A stretch of 64,000 nucleotides of DNA from Lysobacterales bacterium (GTDB lineage: Bacteria > Pseudomonadota > Gammaproteobacteria > Xanthomonadales > BPKI01), in contig JAVQZZ010000001.1 of NCBI GenBank assembly GCA_033582715.1, positions 1,708,627 to 1,772,626 of the forward strand, given 5' to 3'. Position 1 is the first letter of the stretch. Each line of letters opens with the position of its first letter. Below, piece after piece: positions 49,523 through 62,180 of the stretch. The position numbers were made by a program, and so were the translations under genes. The notes below the pieces were generated by a model, which was not told the DNA's origin, did no database searches, and saw only the letters and a list, made by a program, of their open reading frames with translations.

Positions 49523-51670
49523 TCAGGGCTGCTCGAAGCCGTCCGCGAACAGGCGGAGCGGGAGACCGAAGGCGGCGAGGAAGGCGCTCGGCCGTCCGCC
49601 GGCGAGGTCGAAGTCGCCGCCCACCCAGACCAGCCCGTCGTGGGCGGCGAGGGCCTCGGCCGCGCCGTTCAGGCCCTCGCCGGCGGCTCCGCCCAGGGTC
49701 TGCCAGTCGCTGCCGTCGTAGCGCGCGATCCGCCCCGCGGGCCGACCTCCGGCCTCGGTGAACTCGCCGGCCGCCACCAGCCCGGAGGGCGTCGGGAGGA
49801 GTGCGAGCACCAGGCTGTTGACGCCGAGGCCCGCCGCGCCGGCGAGGGCCCGGAAGCGCTCTCCGTCCCATCGCGCCACGCCCCGGACCGGCTCGCCGCC
49901 GGCGCTCCCGAAGCCGCCGGCGAGATGGAGGGCGCCATCCCACCAGGCGAGGGCATGGACGGTGTTGCCCACGCCGATCCCCTTCGGCGCCACGAGCGCC
50001 CGGAAGCTCCCGTCCCGCCAGCCGGCGATCCGGTTCACCTCCCGGCCACCGGCCCGCAGGAAGGCCCCGCCGAGCCAGAGCGTGCCGTCGGGCCCGGCGA
50101 GCAGGGCGTGGACCGGCCCGCTGGTCCCCACCCCGTCGGCATCCGCGAGCGGCTTCCAGGTCGCGCCGTCCCAGCTCGCGACACCGGGGGCCGGCAGGCC
50201 ACCCGCCTGCGCGAAGGCTCCGCCGAGGAAGAGGACTCCGCCATGCACCGCGAGGGCATGGACCGGCCCGTCGGTGCCCGGCGCGGGACCGCTCCCGAGC
50301 GGATGCCAGCGCTCGCCGTCGTAGCGCGCCACGTGGGGCGCGTAGACGCCGCCCGCGTGCAGGAAGGCTCCCCCCGCCACCAGCTCGCCCCGGTACTCGG
50401 CGAGCGCCAGCACCGGACCGTCGAAACCCGGGGCCTCGCGCGGCCCGAGCGGCAGGAAACGCCGACCGTCGAAGCGCGCGATGCCCTGCGCGGGCTCGCC
50501 CCAGGCCAGGCGGAAGCGCCCGGCCGCGACCAGCGCGCCCCGCCACAGGCCAAGCGCGTGCACCCGCCCGTCGAGGCCGCGTTGCGGTCGCGGCCCGAGG
50601 GCGGACCACGCCGAGCCATCCCAGAGCGCGAGCCGCGGCGTCGGCAGGCTGCCGGCGGCGAGGAAGTCGCCTCCCGCGAGCAGCGCTCCACCGTCCGTCG
50701 CGAGGGCGCGCACCCGCCCGTCCAGCCACTGCGCCGCGCCGCCGCCCACCGCCGTCCAGGCCGTCCCGTCCCATGCGGCGAGGTGGCGCACCGGCATCCC
50801 GCCCGCCGCCCACAGCGAGCCCCCGACGTGCAGCCTGCCGAGCGCCGTCACCACGGCGAGGGGGCTGCCGCCCAGCCCCTCGCCGAGCGCCGCCCAGGCG
50901 GAACCCGCCAGACGGGCGATGCGCCGCGCCGGCACGCCACCCAGGCTCTGGAACTCCCCGGCGGCCACCAGGGCCTCCCCGTGGCCGGCGAGCGCATTCA
51001 GGTCGCCGTCGGCCCCGGTGTCCGCCCCTGGCCGCCAGGCGTGGCCGTCCCAGCGGGCGATGCGTCCGACCGGAAGGCCCTCCGCCTCCATGAACCAGCC
51101 GCCGGCGTAGAGGCGGTCGCCATGGACCGCGAGCGCCTGCACGCGATCGCTCACGCCGCCGCCCAGCGGTTGCCAGCCGCTGCCGTCGTGGCGCGCGACG
51201 TTGCGCGCGGGCAGGCCGCCGGCGCTGCCGAACCAGCCGCCGGCGACGAGCTCCCCGCGAAAGACGGCGAGGGCGTGGACGCTGTTGTCGACCCCCTGCC
51301 CGAGCGGCCCCGCGAGCGGCCACCACCGCGTCCCGTCCCAGCACGCCACGCCCAGCGCCGCGATCCCGCCGGCCTCGCGGAACGGTCCGCCCGCGCACAG
51401 CCGCTCGCCGTGCACCGCGAGCGCCAGCACCGGCGCGTCGGTGCCCACCCCGGCGGGCCCGGCGAGGGGCGCCCAGCGCGCGCCGTCGAAGCGGGCGAGG
51501 TGCCGCACCACCAGCGCGCCGACCGCCGCGAAGTCGCCCGCGGCCACCCACTCGCCGCGGAAGCGGGCGACCGCGCGCACGCGCCCGGCGGGGCCGTCGA
51601 ACTCGAGGCCGGTGAGCCAGTCGGGGGCGGCCGCCGCGACCGCGAGCAGCAGCGCGAGCCCGCTGCCCAT
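49523..51670 (-). CDS. secreted repeat protein: signal peptide + about 14 tandem ~50-aa Kelch-like beta-propeller blades; function unknown
   Basis: 715 aa from ATG 51670 (MGSGLALLLAVAAAAPDW...), inside listed ORF 49523..52648. The recurring unit is V-x-A-L-x4-G-x-L-x-A-G-G-x-F-x2-A-G-G-x5-[IV]-A-x-W-D-G-x2-W-x2-L-G. Examples: VHALAVFRGELVAGGWFGSAGGLPARNVARHDGSGWQPLGG and VHALAVHGGVLFLGGAFAQAGGLPAPGVASWDGATWKPLAD. No frame breaks over 2.1 kb. Confidence 0.7.
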   Translation of the reverse strand: MGSGLALLLAVAAAAPDWLTGLEFDGPAGRVRAVARFRGEWVAAGDFAAVGALVVRHLARFDGARWAPLAGPAGVGTDAPVLALAVHGERLCAGGPFREAGGIAALGVACWDGTRWWPLAGPLGQGVDNSVHALAVFRGELVAGGWFGSAGGLPARNVARHDGSGWQPLGGGVSDRVQALAVHGDRLYAGGWFMEAEGLPVGRIARWDGHAWRPGADTGADGDLNALAGHGEALVAAGEFQSLGGVPARRIARLAGSAWAALGEGLGGSPLAVVTALGRLHVGGSLWAAGGMPVRHLAAWDGTAWTAVGGGAAQWLDGRVRALATDGGALLAGGDFLAAGSLPTPRLALWDGSAWSALGPRPQRGLDGRVHALGLWRGALVAAGRFRLAWGEPAQGIARFDGRRFLPLGPREAPGFDGPVLALAEYRGELVAGGAFLHAGGVYAPHVARYDGERWHPLGSGPAPGTDGPVHALAVHGGVLFLGGAFAQAGGLPAPGVASWDGATWKPLADADGVGTSGPVHALLAGPDGTLWLGGAFLRAGGREVNRIAGWRDGSFRALVAPKGIGVGNTVHALAWWDGALHLAGGFGSAGGEPVRGVARWDGERFRALAGAAGLGVNSLVLALLPTPSGLVAAGEFTEAGGRPAGRIARYDGSDWQTLGGAAGEGLNGAAEALAAHDGLVWVGGDFDLAGGRPSAFLAAFGLPLRLFADGFEQP

Positions 51671-51678
51671 GCTCGCCC

Positions 51679-52648
51679 CTACTTCAGCCGGATCTCGCGC
51701 AGGCGCTCCTCGAGGTAGTCCTGGGCGGTGATCGGCTCCGGGTAGCGGTTCGGGTTGTCCGGCGTGACGCAGCCGGGGAGCGTGGCGATCAGGAAATCCG
51801 GGTTGGGGTGGAGGAAGAAGGGCACCGAGTAGCGCGGCTCGCGGCCCCTCTCGCCGGGCGGATTGACCACGCGATGCGTGGTCGAGGGATAGACGTGGTT
51901 GGTGAGGCGCTGGAGCATGTCGCCGATGTTGACCACGATCGTGTCCCCCGCCGCGGTGAAGGGCAGCCAGGTGCCGTCCCGGCGCAGGATCTCCAGACCC
52001 TCGGCGCTCGCCCCGACCAGCAGGGTGATGAAGTTGATGTCCTCGTGCGCCCCGGCGCGCAGGTTCGGGATCTCGCCCTCGGGGATCGGCGGGTAGTGGA
52101 TCGGCCTCAGGATCGAGTTGCCGAGGTCGACCTTGTCCTCGAAGTAGTCCTCGGGAAGATCGATGTGCAGGGCCAGCGCCCTCAGCACCTTGCGCCCGAG
52201 GGCGTCGAGCGCCTCGTAGAGGGCGTAGCCGTGGCGGCGGAACTCCGGCAGCTCCTCGGGCCAGAGATTGGGCGGCATGTAGGCCCGGTAGCGCGGCGTG
52301 CGCGGATCGTCCTCGGGCAGCTCGCGGCCGATGTGCCAGAACTCCTTGAGGTCGGGGTAGAGGCTGCCCTTCGCGGTCTCGACCATGTAGGGCGTGTAGC
52401 CGCGCGCCCCGCCCGCCCCCGGGAGGTGGTAGCGCATCTTGATCTCGAGGGGCAGCGCGAAGAAGCGGCGGAAGGCGTCGTAGGCGGCATCGATCAGGCC
52501 CTGGGGGATGCCGTGGCCGGTGATCCCGCAGAAGCCATACTCGCGGTAGGCGGCGCCGAGCTCGGCGACGAAGCCGCGGCTTGGCGGCGCCGCCCGCCTC
52601 GAAACGGCGGATGTCGAGGGTGGGAATGCCTTCGCTCATCTCCGACAC
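51679..52648 (-). CDS. 2-oxoglutarate/Fe(II)-dependent oxygenase (isopenicillin N synthase-like family), one apparent frameshift near 52580
   Basis: ORF 51679..52437 carries HEDINFITLL (HxD), TTHRVVNP (distal His / Arg) and NIGDMLQRLTN. The N-terminus MSEGIPTLDIRRFEAGG is in the frame of ORF 49523..52648, and FVAELGAAYREYGFCGITGHGIPQGLIDAAYDAFRRFFALPLEIK in a third frame. The stop is 8 nt before the repeat-protein ATG. Confidence 0.8.
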
Positions 52649-52658
52649 GGCCTCGGCC

Positions 52659-53997
52659 TCAAACGCGGCCGGATGCTACGGCCTCGGCGAGTGCGGAGGC
52701 CAGCCGCCGCGCGCGCTCCGCGTCCTCGCACTCGACGGTGATCCGCACCTTGGGCTCGGTGCCCGAGGGCCTGAGCAGCACCCGCCCGTCGCCGTCGAGC
52801 TCCCGCCGCGCGGCGGCCAGCGCCGCCTGCACCCGCGGCGCGGCCGCGCGCCGCCGGGGATCCGCCGCCGGCACGCTCAGCGTCACCTGCGGCACCTTGA
52901 GGAGCCCCCGGCATAGCTCGGCGACGCTTTGTCCCGTCTCCCGCATCACCGCGAGCACCTCCAGGGCGGCGAGCAGGGCGTCCCCGGTGGTGGCGCGGTC
53001 GAGGCAGAGGATGTGGCCGGAGCTCTCGCCGCCGAGCACGCCCCCCGCCGCCTTGAGGCGCTCGTGGACGTGACGGTCGCCGACCGGCGCGCGCTCGAAG
53101 GGGATGCCGAGCCCGGCGAGGGCCCGTTCCAGGCCGAGGTTGCTCATCACCGTGCCCACCACCGCGCCGCGCAGCCGACCCTTCGCCTGCCAGGCGCGGG
53201 CGAGGATCCAGAGCACGTCGTCGCCGTCGAGCAGCGAGCCGTCGTCAGCCGACCAGCGCCAGGCGGTCGCCGTCGCCGTCGAGGGCGATGCCGAGGTCGG
53301 CGCCGCGCTCCCGCACCCGCGCCGCCAGCGGCTCGGGATGGAGGGCGCCGCAGCCCTCGTTGATGTTGAGCCCGTCGGGGCTCACGCCGATCGCCTCGAC
53401 CTCGGCGCCGAGCCCGGCGAAGAGCTGCGGGGCGATCCGGTAGGCGGCGCCGTGGGCGGCATCGACGACGATCCTGAGCCCGGAGAGACCGCCGGGCGGG
53501 GCGGCGGACTCGAGGTGCGCGAGGTAGCGCGCCGCGGCATCCGTCACCCGCCGCGCGCGCCCGAGCCGATGCGAGGGCAGGCACTCGAGCGGCCGCTCGA
53601 GCTCGGCCTCGATCGCCGCCTCGAGCGCGTCGGGCAGCTTCTCCCCTTCCCCGGAGAAGAACTTGATTCCGTTGTCGGGATGGGGGTTGTGCGAGGCGCT
53701 GATCACGATGCCGGCCGCGGCACGGAGCTCGCGGGCGAGGAAGGCCACCGCGGGCGTCGGCAGGGGGCCGAGGAGCAGCGCCTCCGCACCCGCGGCGACC
53801 AGCCCGGCCTCGAGCGCCGACTCGAGGAGATAGCCCGAGATCCGCGTGTCCTTGCCGATCAGCACCGGCCCGCCCCGGCCTCCGCCGAGCACCCGGCCCG
53901 CCGCCCAGCCGAGCCTGAGCACGAAGTCCGGGGTGATCGGCGGCTCGCCGACCCGCCCGCGAATGCCGTCGGTCCCGAACCAGCGCCGCTCGCTCAT
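52659..53997 (-). CDS. glmM: phosphoglucosamine mutase, one apparent frameshift near 53255
   Basis: [18 protein letters not shown]...[19 protein letters not shown]...[12 protein letters not shown] (ORF 53245..54300 frame) joins [17 protein letters not shown]...GGESSGHIL...[16 protein letters not shown] (ORF 52659..53216). Confidence 0.93.
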
Positions 53998-54047
53998 CCG
54001 CTCGATGTTCGCAGGAGTGCCGCTCGCGCCCACAACCGGCCCGCGGC

Positions 54048-54958
54048 TCAGTCCTCGTCCCAGCCGGGCGCGGCGCGAGGCAGCCTCGGCGCGGCGGGAC
54101 GGCGGTAGGGCAGCAGCGCCTCGCGCAGCGCCAGCGCGTCGCGGGTGGCGCGCGACGTCGTGCACCCGCACGATCGCGGCCCCGGCCTCGACCGCGAGCA
54201 GGGCCGCGGCCAGCGATCCCGCCAGCCGCTCGCGCGGGGAGGCCCGGCCGGTGACGCTCCCGATCATCGACTTGCGCGACAGCCCCACCAGCAGCGGCAC
54301 GCCGAGGGCGGAGAGCTCGCCGAGCCTGCGCCAGCAGCTCGAGGTTGTGCGCGAGGGTCTTGCCGAAGCCGAAGCCGGGGTCGGCGACCAGCCGGCCGCG
54401 GGGGATGCCGGCCAGCTCGCAGGCGAGGATCCGTCCCGCGAGGAAGCGGGAGACCTCGGCCACGACGTCGTCGTAGCGCGGATCCTGCTGCATGGTGGCC
54501 GGCTCGCCCTGCATGTGCATCAGCACCACGGGCACGCCGAGCTCGGCCGCCGCCTCGAGCGCGCCGGGACGGCGGAGCGCGTGGACGTCGTTGATCATGC
54601 CCGCCCCGGCGGCGACCGCGGCGCGCATCACCTCGGGCTTCGAGCTGTCCACCGAGATCGGCACCGGCACCGCGCGCGCGAGACCCTCGATCACCGGGAG
54701 CACCCGGCGCAGCTCCTCCTCGGCGGGGACCGGGACGGCGCCCGGCCGGGTCGACTCGCCGCCGACGTCGAGCAGGTCGGCGCCCTCCTCGACCAGCCGC
54801 AGCCCGTGCGCCACCGCCGCCTCGGGAGCGGCGAAATCGCCGCCGTCGGAGAAGGAGTCGGGCGTGACGTTGATCACCCCCATGATGCGCGGGCGGTCGA
54901 GGAGGAGCCGCCGGCCGGCGCAGTCGAGGGCGCGGATCGCGGGATCGGAGGGGAGCAC
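54048..54958 (-). CDS. folP: dihydropteroate synthase, two apparent frameshifts (near 54330 and 54160)
   Basis: [17 protein letters not shown]...[13 protein letters not shown]...MINDV...DPGFGFGKT (ORF 53147..54958), then [12 protein letters not shown]...IVRVHDV (ORF 53245..54300 frame), then a tail ending WDED at TGA 54048. Confidence 0.9.
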
Positions 54959-54967
54959 CTGCCCCGC

Positions 54968-56874
<1,907 letters not shown>

Positions 56875-56878
<4 letters not shown>

Positions 56879-57560
56879 CTCGCTCGCTCGTCGGAGGCCA
56901 CGGCCTCCGTCCCGACCATTGTGCCCGATGCCCGAGCCGCCGCGCGCAGGGACGTCGCCACCGCGTAGCTCTCGGCGCTGCGGCTGCGCGAGGCCTTCGG
57001 CTTGCGCACCGCGACCCGCGCGAAGCTCGCCTTCAGCCGCCGTACCAGCGCGTCGAAGCCGGGTCCGTGGAACAGCTTGACCACGAAGTGCCCGCCGGGT
57101 TTCAGCCAGTCGAGCGCCCAGTCGAGCGCCCGCTCGGCGAGCGCCAGCGCGCGCAGCTGGTCCACCGCCGCCACACCCGACATGTTGGGGGCCATGTCGG
57201 AGAGCACAAGATCCGCGCCGGACGTCGCCGAGCTCCGCCCTGCAGGCGCGCGAGCGTCTCGGCGTCCTCGAAGTCGCCCTGGATGAAGGCGACGCCCGGG
57301 ATCGGATCCATCGGCAGGCGGTCGAGGGCGATCACCCGGCCGCTCCCGGCGAGCCGCCGCGCCAGGTACTGCGACCAGCCGCCGGGCGCTGCGCCGAGAT
57401 CGATCACGGTCATGCCGGGCCTGAGCAGCCGGTCGCGCTCGAGGATCTCGGCGAGCTTGAACACCGCCCGCGAGCGCCAGCCCTCGGCCCGGGCGCGGCG
57501 CACGAAGGGATCGCGCTCGTGCTCGGCGAGCCAGCGCCGGCTGCTCCTGCTCAGGGCCAC
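56875..57560 (-). CDS. rlmE: 23S rRNA (uridine2552-2'-O)-methyltransferase RlmE (FtsJ), one apparent frameshift near 57225
   Basis: A GTG at 57560 with GGAGG 6 nt upstream gives [38 protein letters not shown]...[13 protein letters not shown]. The second part is ORF 56875..57207 ([10 protein letters not shown]...FVVKLFHG). The stop overlaps the ftsH ATG (ATGA). Confidence 0.88.
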
Positions 57561-57622
57561 GGCGACCTCCGGCCTCGTCTCGGCCGCATGATAGCCTTTC
57601 GTCGCCGCCGCCACCGACCGCG

Positions 57623-57922
57623 ATGAGCCTCTCGCCCCGCCAGAAGCGTCACCTCCGTGGCCTCGCGCACGCCCTCGACCCGGTGCTCCTCGTCGGCCGC
57701 CAGGGCGCCAGCGACGCCGTGCTCGCCGAGCTCGAGGCCGCGCTCGAGGCGCACGAGCTGGTCAAGATCCGGGTCACGGCCGAGGCGCGCGCCGAGCGCG
57801 AGGCGCGCATCCTCCGTCTGGCCCGCGCGAGCGGTGCCGAGCTGGTGCAGCGGGTCGGTCACGTGGCGGTGCTCTACCGGCGACATCGCAGCCACCCCCG
57901 CATCGTCCTCCCCGAGGAGTGA
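57623..57922 (+). CDS. yhbY: RNA-binding protein YhbY (CRM domain)
   Basis: 99 aa intact. [49 protein letters not shown]. Divergent from rlmE as in E. coli. Confidence 0.9.
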   Translation: MSLSPRQKRHLRGLAHALDPVLLVGRQGASDAVLAELEAALEAHELVKIRVTAEARAEREARILRLARASGAELVQRVGHVAVLYRRHRSHPRIVLPEE

Positions 57923-57929
57923 AGATCCC

Positions 57930-58305
57930 GTGGCCCTGATCCGCGAGCTGCCCGGCGCCCATCTCTGGGTGCGATGGGTGGAGGAGGGGCGAATCGAGCT
58001 CTCGAGCGGGCCGCGGCTGCGCAGCTTCGCGCTCAGCCCGCGCGAGGCCTGGGACTGGGGGCCCGAGCGCTTCGAGGCGATCGACCAGGCGGCCTGCGAG
58101 CTCCTGCTTGCGCCGCAGCCGGAGCTGGTGCTGATCGGCACCGGCGTCGCGCCAGCGCTGGCTGGCCCCCGAGCTCCAGGCCGCGTTCCTCGCCCGCCGC
58201 GTGGGTCTCGAGGTGATGGACAACCGGGCCTGCGCCCGCACCTTCAATCTCCTCGCCGCCGAGGGCCGGGCGGTGGTCGCCGCCTTCCTGATCGAGCCGC
58301 GCTAG
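57930..58305 (+). CDS. Mth938-like (DUF498 / NDUFAF3-like) domain protein, one apparent frameshift near 58150
   Basis: A GTG at 57930 gives [27 protein letters not shown]...PELVLIGTG. The next frame gives [47 protein letters not shown], with stop TAG at 58303..58305. Confidence 0.7.
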
Positions 58306-59290
58306 CGCTCCGGCAGGTAGCGCAGCGGATCGACGGGCCGGCCGTCGCGCCGGATCTCGAAGTGCAGCTTGTCGCGGTCGGCCCCGGTGCGCCCCATCTC
58401 GGCGATCGGCTGGCCCTGCCCGCACCCGCTCGCCCTCTGCCACCAGACGCCGCCGGTTGTGGCCGTAGGCCGACAGGTGACGGTCCCCGTGACGGATGAT
58501 GATCAGCTCGCCGTAGCCGACGAGGCCGGCGCCGGAGTACACCACCTCGCCGTCGGCGGCGGCGTAGGACCGGATCCCCGGCGCGCCCGGCGATGTCGAT
58601 GCCCTGGCGCAGCGGATCGCCGCTGGCGAAGCGGCGGATCAGCTCGCCCTGCGCGGGCCAGCTCCAGCGGATGCCCTCGACCACGCGCCCCGGCGGCGGC
58701 CGACCCGCGCCCCGTCCCTCCCCTGCCTCCGGCGCCGCCGGCGCGAGCGCCGGATCGGGATGCCGGGCGAGCGGGTTCCGCCGCAGCGGCCACGGGCGGC
58801 GGGGCGGAGGGCCCTCCGCCGCCAGGCCGTGCCGCCACCGCGGCCGCCGGTGGCGGCCCGTCTTCGGCCCGGGGGCTGGCGGCGGGCACCGGGGCGGACG
58901 GTGCCGGCGCGGGCAGGGCCTCGCGGCGCACTTCGGGCTCGGGCGACGGCCAGGGGTCGGGTCGCCGCCGCCCGCCGCCCGCCCTCGCCCTCGGCCGGAG
59001 GTGGCCGCACCCGGAGCCGATCACCGGGCCGGATGGTGTAGGGCGCCTCGATCCCGTTCCAGCGCGCGAGCTCCCGCCAGTCGAGCCCGAGGCGGAAGGC
59101 GATGCCGTAGAGCGTATCCCCCGGGGCCACACGCACGTGCTCCGCGGGCGGCGGCGGGGTCGCCGGCTCCGCCCGTCCTCGCGACGGCCTCCGGCGAGCG
59201 ATCCTCCACCGGCGCCGGCTCGAGGCTCGCGCAGGCCGCGAGCAGCGCCCCGAGACCCAGGACGAGGGCTCTCAGCGCAGCCACCACCAC
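58302..59290 (-). CDS. nlpD: LysM + M23 peptidase lipoprotein (NlpD-like), at least four apparent frameshifts
   Basis: Lipobox LGALLAAC near the N-terminus (GTG around 59284-59290). LysM: [31 protein letters not shown] Pro/Ala-rich linker follows. M23: [33 protein letters not shown]...[30 protein letters not shown]...[21 protein letters not shown]. Confidence 0.85.
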
Positions 59291-59853
59291 GCCCCCAGGA
59301 GCACGACCGCGAGCAGGAAGATCCAGCCGAGGCGCTCCACCCGCGCACGGATCGCCATCTCCATGCGCTCGCCGCCGAGGCGGATCAGGCCCGCGACCAG
59401 GAAGAAGCGCCCGCCGCGCCCCAGCAGGGAGGCGAGGAGAAAGGGCAGCAGCCCGACCCCGAAGGCCCCCGCGCCGACCGTGAAGAGCTTGTACGGGATC
59501 GGGGTGAAGCCGGCGGTGAGCACGATCCAGAAGCCGTGGTCCGAGAACAGCTCGCGCACGGCGACGAGACCCTCCGCGTAGCCGGCGCTCTCGATCCAAG
59601 GATAGACCGCCTCCAGCGCGAGGCGCCCGAGCAGCCAGCCGAGCAGTCCCCCGGCCACCGAGGCCAGGGTGCACAGCGTGGCGAAGGCCAGCGCGCGCCG
59701 GGGCGCCGCCAGCGACATCGGGATCAGCATCACGTCCGGAGGAACCGGGAATACGACGCTCTCGGCCGCGCTCACCGCGCCGAGCAGCAGCGGCGCGCGC
59801 GGGTGGCGCGCCAGGGCCAGGGTGCGGTCGTAGAGCGGCCCGAACAGCCGCAT
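59272..59853 (-). CDS. YqaA/DedA-family inner membrane protein
   Basis: 193 aa intact from ATG 59853 inside ORF 59272..60522: [46 protein letters not shown]...TPIPYKLFTVGAGAF. Confidence 0.75.
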   Translation of the reverse strand: MRLFGPLYDRTLALARHPRAPLLLGAVSAAESVVFPVPPDVMLIPMSLAAPRRALAFATLCTLASVAGGLLGWLLGRLALEAVYPWIESAGYAEGLVAVRELFSDHGFWIVLTAGFTPIPYKLFTVGAGAFGVGLLPFLLASLLGRGGRFFLVAGLIRLGGERMEMAIRARVERLGWIFLLAVVLLGAWWWLR

Positions 59854-60522
59854 CAGGCCTGGCCAGAGAGCAGCGGCACGAAGATCACCGCGTCGAGCCG
59901 CTCCTCCTCGAGCCGTCCTTCCCGGCGCCGGATCCGCACCAGCGTCTGGCCGGCCGATCCCCCGAGCGGCGCAACCAGGATCCCGCCTTCGGCCAGCTGG
60001 TCGGTCAGGGCCGGCGGCAGTTCCTCGGCCGCGGCGGCGACGAGGATGCCGTCGAAGGGTGCCGCCTCCGGCCAGCCCAGGCGCCCGTCGTCGTGACGGC
60101 TGAGGACGTTGCGGTAGCCGAGCTGACGGAAGCGCCGTCGCGCCTGCCGGAAGAGCTCGCCGATGCGCTCGATGGTGTAGACCTCGCGCGCGAGCTCCGC
60201 CAGCACCGCCGCCTGGTAGCCGCAGCCGGTGCCGATCTCGAGCACTCGGCCGAGCTCGCGGCCGTCGCGCAGGAGCTCGGTCATGCGCGCGACCACGAAG
60301 GGCTGGGAGATGGTCTGCCCGAAGCCGATCGGCAGCGCAATGTCCTCGTAGGCCCGGCTCTCGAGCGCCTCGTCCACGAACAGGTGGCGCGGCACCGTCG
60401 CCATCGCCTGCGAGCACCCGCGGATCGGCGATGCCGCGCCCGCGCAGGCGCTCGACCAGCCGGTCGCGCGCGCGCTGCGAGGTCATCCCGAGACCGAGAC
60501 GCTCCGGCGAGCCCCCGTTCAT
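59853..60522 (-). CDS. pcm: protein-L-isoaspartate O-methyltransferase, one apparent frameshift near 60410
   Basis: [37 protein letters not shown] joins ORF 59853..60404 ([44 protein letters not shown]...[16 protein letters not shown]). Confidence 0.92.
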
Positions 60523-60526
60523 CGCT

Positions 60527-61306
60527 TCAGAGCGCGCCGGCGGCGATTCCCTTCTCGAGCGCGCTCACCCAGCCGGCGACCTTGTCGAGGGCGTGGTAGC
60601 GGGTGAGGTCGACGTGGATCGGCGTGATCGAGATGTAGCCGCGGCGCACCGCATGGAAGTCGGTCCCGGGCCCGGCGTCCTGCTCCGGCCCCGCCGGGCC
60701 GATCCACCACATCGGCCGTCCGCGCGGATCGACCTGCATCACGCAGGGTTCGGCCCGGTGGCGATGGCCGAGGCGGGTGACCTCGAAGCCGGCGATCTCG
60801 TGCCACGGCCGATCGGGAACGTTGACGTTGAGGATGGTGTCGGCGGGCAGGGGGTCGCGGACCAGCCGCTCGACCAGCATCCGCGCCGCCCGCGCCGCGC
60901 TCTCGAAGTGCCGCGGGCGGCCGTCCTGGCTCGCGAGCGACACCGCGATCGCCGGCAGCCCGAGATAGCGGCCCTCCATCGCCGCGGCCACGGTCCCGGA
61001 GTAGATCACGTCGTCCCCGAGGTTGGCGGTGCTGTTGATGCCGGAGACGACGATGTCCGGATCGTCGCCGAGCAGCCCGCAGAGCGCGAGATGCACGCAG
61101 TCGGTGGGGGTGCCCGCCACCCGGTAGTGCCCGTTCTCGAGCTGGCTCACCCGGATCGGCTGGTCGAGGGTCAGGGAGTTGCTGGCGCCCGAGCGGTCCC
61201 GGTCCGGGGCGACCACCGTGACCTTGCCGAGCGCGGCGAGGGTCTCGGCGAGCACGCGGATGCCCGGGGCCTCGACGCCGTCGTCGTTGCTGATCAGGAG
61301 GTGCAT
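60527..61306 (-). CDS. surE: 5'/3'-nucleotidase SurE
   Basis: 259 aa intact. [42 protein letters not shown]. Confidence 0.96.
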   Translation of the reverse strand: MHLLISNDDGVEAPGIRVLAETLAALGKVTVVAPDRDRSGASNSLTLDQPIRVSQLENGHYRVAGTPTDCVHLALCGLLGDDPDIVVSGINSTANLGDDVIYSGTVAAAMEGRYLGLPAIAVSLASQDGRPRHFESAARAARMLVERLVRDPLPADTILNVNVPDRPWHEIAGFEVTRLGHRHRAEPCVMQVDPRGRPMWWIGPAGPEQDAGPGTDFHAVRRGYISITPIHVDLTRYHALDKVAGWVSALEKGIAAGAL

Positions 61307-61382
61307 GGGAGCGCTCGCGGTGGCGACACTATAACCCGCGCGGGGCTATGCTTGCCCGGTTCCTCACCGAGCTTGTCCGGCG

Positions 61383-61968
61383 ATGGACAGCGCGCCCCCC
61401 GATCCCGTCTCCGCAGAGGACATCGCGCTCTTTCGCGAGAGCGTGGGGCCGGTGCGCCGACGTCCGCGACCGGCCGCGGCGCGCCCCCGCGCCCCCGCCC
61501 GCCGCGCCGGCGCTCGCGGCCGGCCCCGGACTTCGCCGCGGCGCTCGCCCAGCACCGCTCGAGACCGAGGCGGTGGAGACCGGCGAGGAGCTGCTGCACC
61601 TGCGGCCGGGGCTGCCGCAGGCCCTGCTCCGCCGCCTGCGCCGCGGCCACTACGCCGTGCGCGACGAGCTCGACCTCCACAGCCTCGATGCCCCCACCGC
61701 CGCCGCGCTGCTCAAGCGCTTCCTCGACGAGGCGCGGCGCGAGGGCCGGCTGGTGCGTCAAGATCATCCACGGCAAGGGGCGCCGCTCCCGCGGGGTCCG
61801 GGACCGGTCCTGCGCGGCGTCGTCGACCGCCTGCTCCGCCTTCGCGGCGACGTGCTCGCCTTTGCCCCGGCCCGACCCGCGCAGGGGGGAAGCGGGGCCA
61901 CGCTCGTGCTGCTCGCGCCTCGGCGCGGAGGCCGGACGCGAGCCGCTACTCGACCTCGACCCGCCTGA
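61383..61968 (+). CDS. Smr-domain protein (SmrA-like), several apparent frameshifts
   Basis: [26 protein letters not shown], then [64 protein letters not shown] and [37 protein letters not shown], spread over three frames. Confidence 0.7.
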
Positions 61969-62180
61969 GCGGCGGGTTCACCCAGTGCACGCGCGTGCCG
62001 TTCCGGCGCGCCGCCGCCTCCACCCGCGCGACGTACTCGCGATCGACGCGGAACACCACCTTGCCCTGCGGCAGATGCAGCACCTTGCCCTCGCGGGGCT
62101 CCGGCGTCGCGGCGCAGCCCGCGAGCAGCGAGCGGGGCGGCGGCGAGGAGGGCGGCGCGGAAGCCGATCGGGATGCGCAT
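61946..62180 (-). CDS. small putative lipoprotein, one apparent frameshift near 62130
   Basis: [19 protein letters not shown] (ATG 62180) joins [60 protein letters not shown] (ORF 61946..62245). Lipobox LLAGC. Confidence 0.5.

Noticed and set aside
49523-52648. Single 1041-aa ORF suggesting an oxygenase-propeller fusion protein
   Set aside because: The N-terminal ~325 codons of this ORF are an out-of-frame read of the oxygenase gene. The real oxygenase frame ends at TAG 51679. The propeller has its own ATG and signal peptide at 51670. These are two genes, not a fusion.
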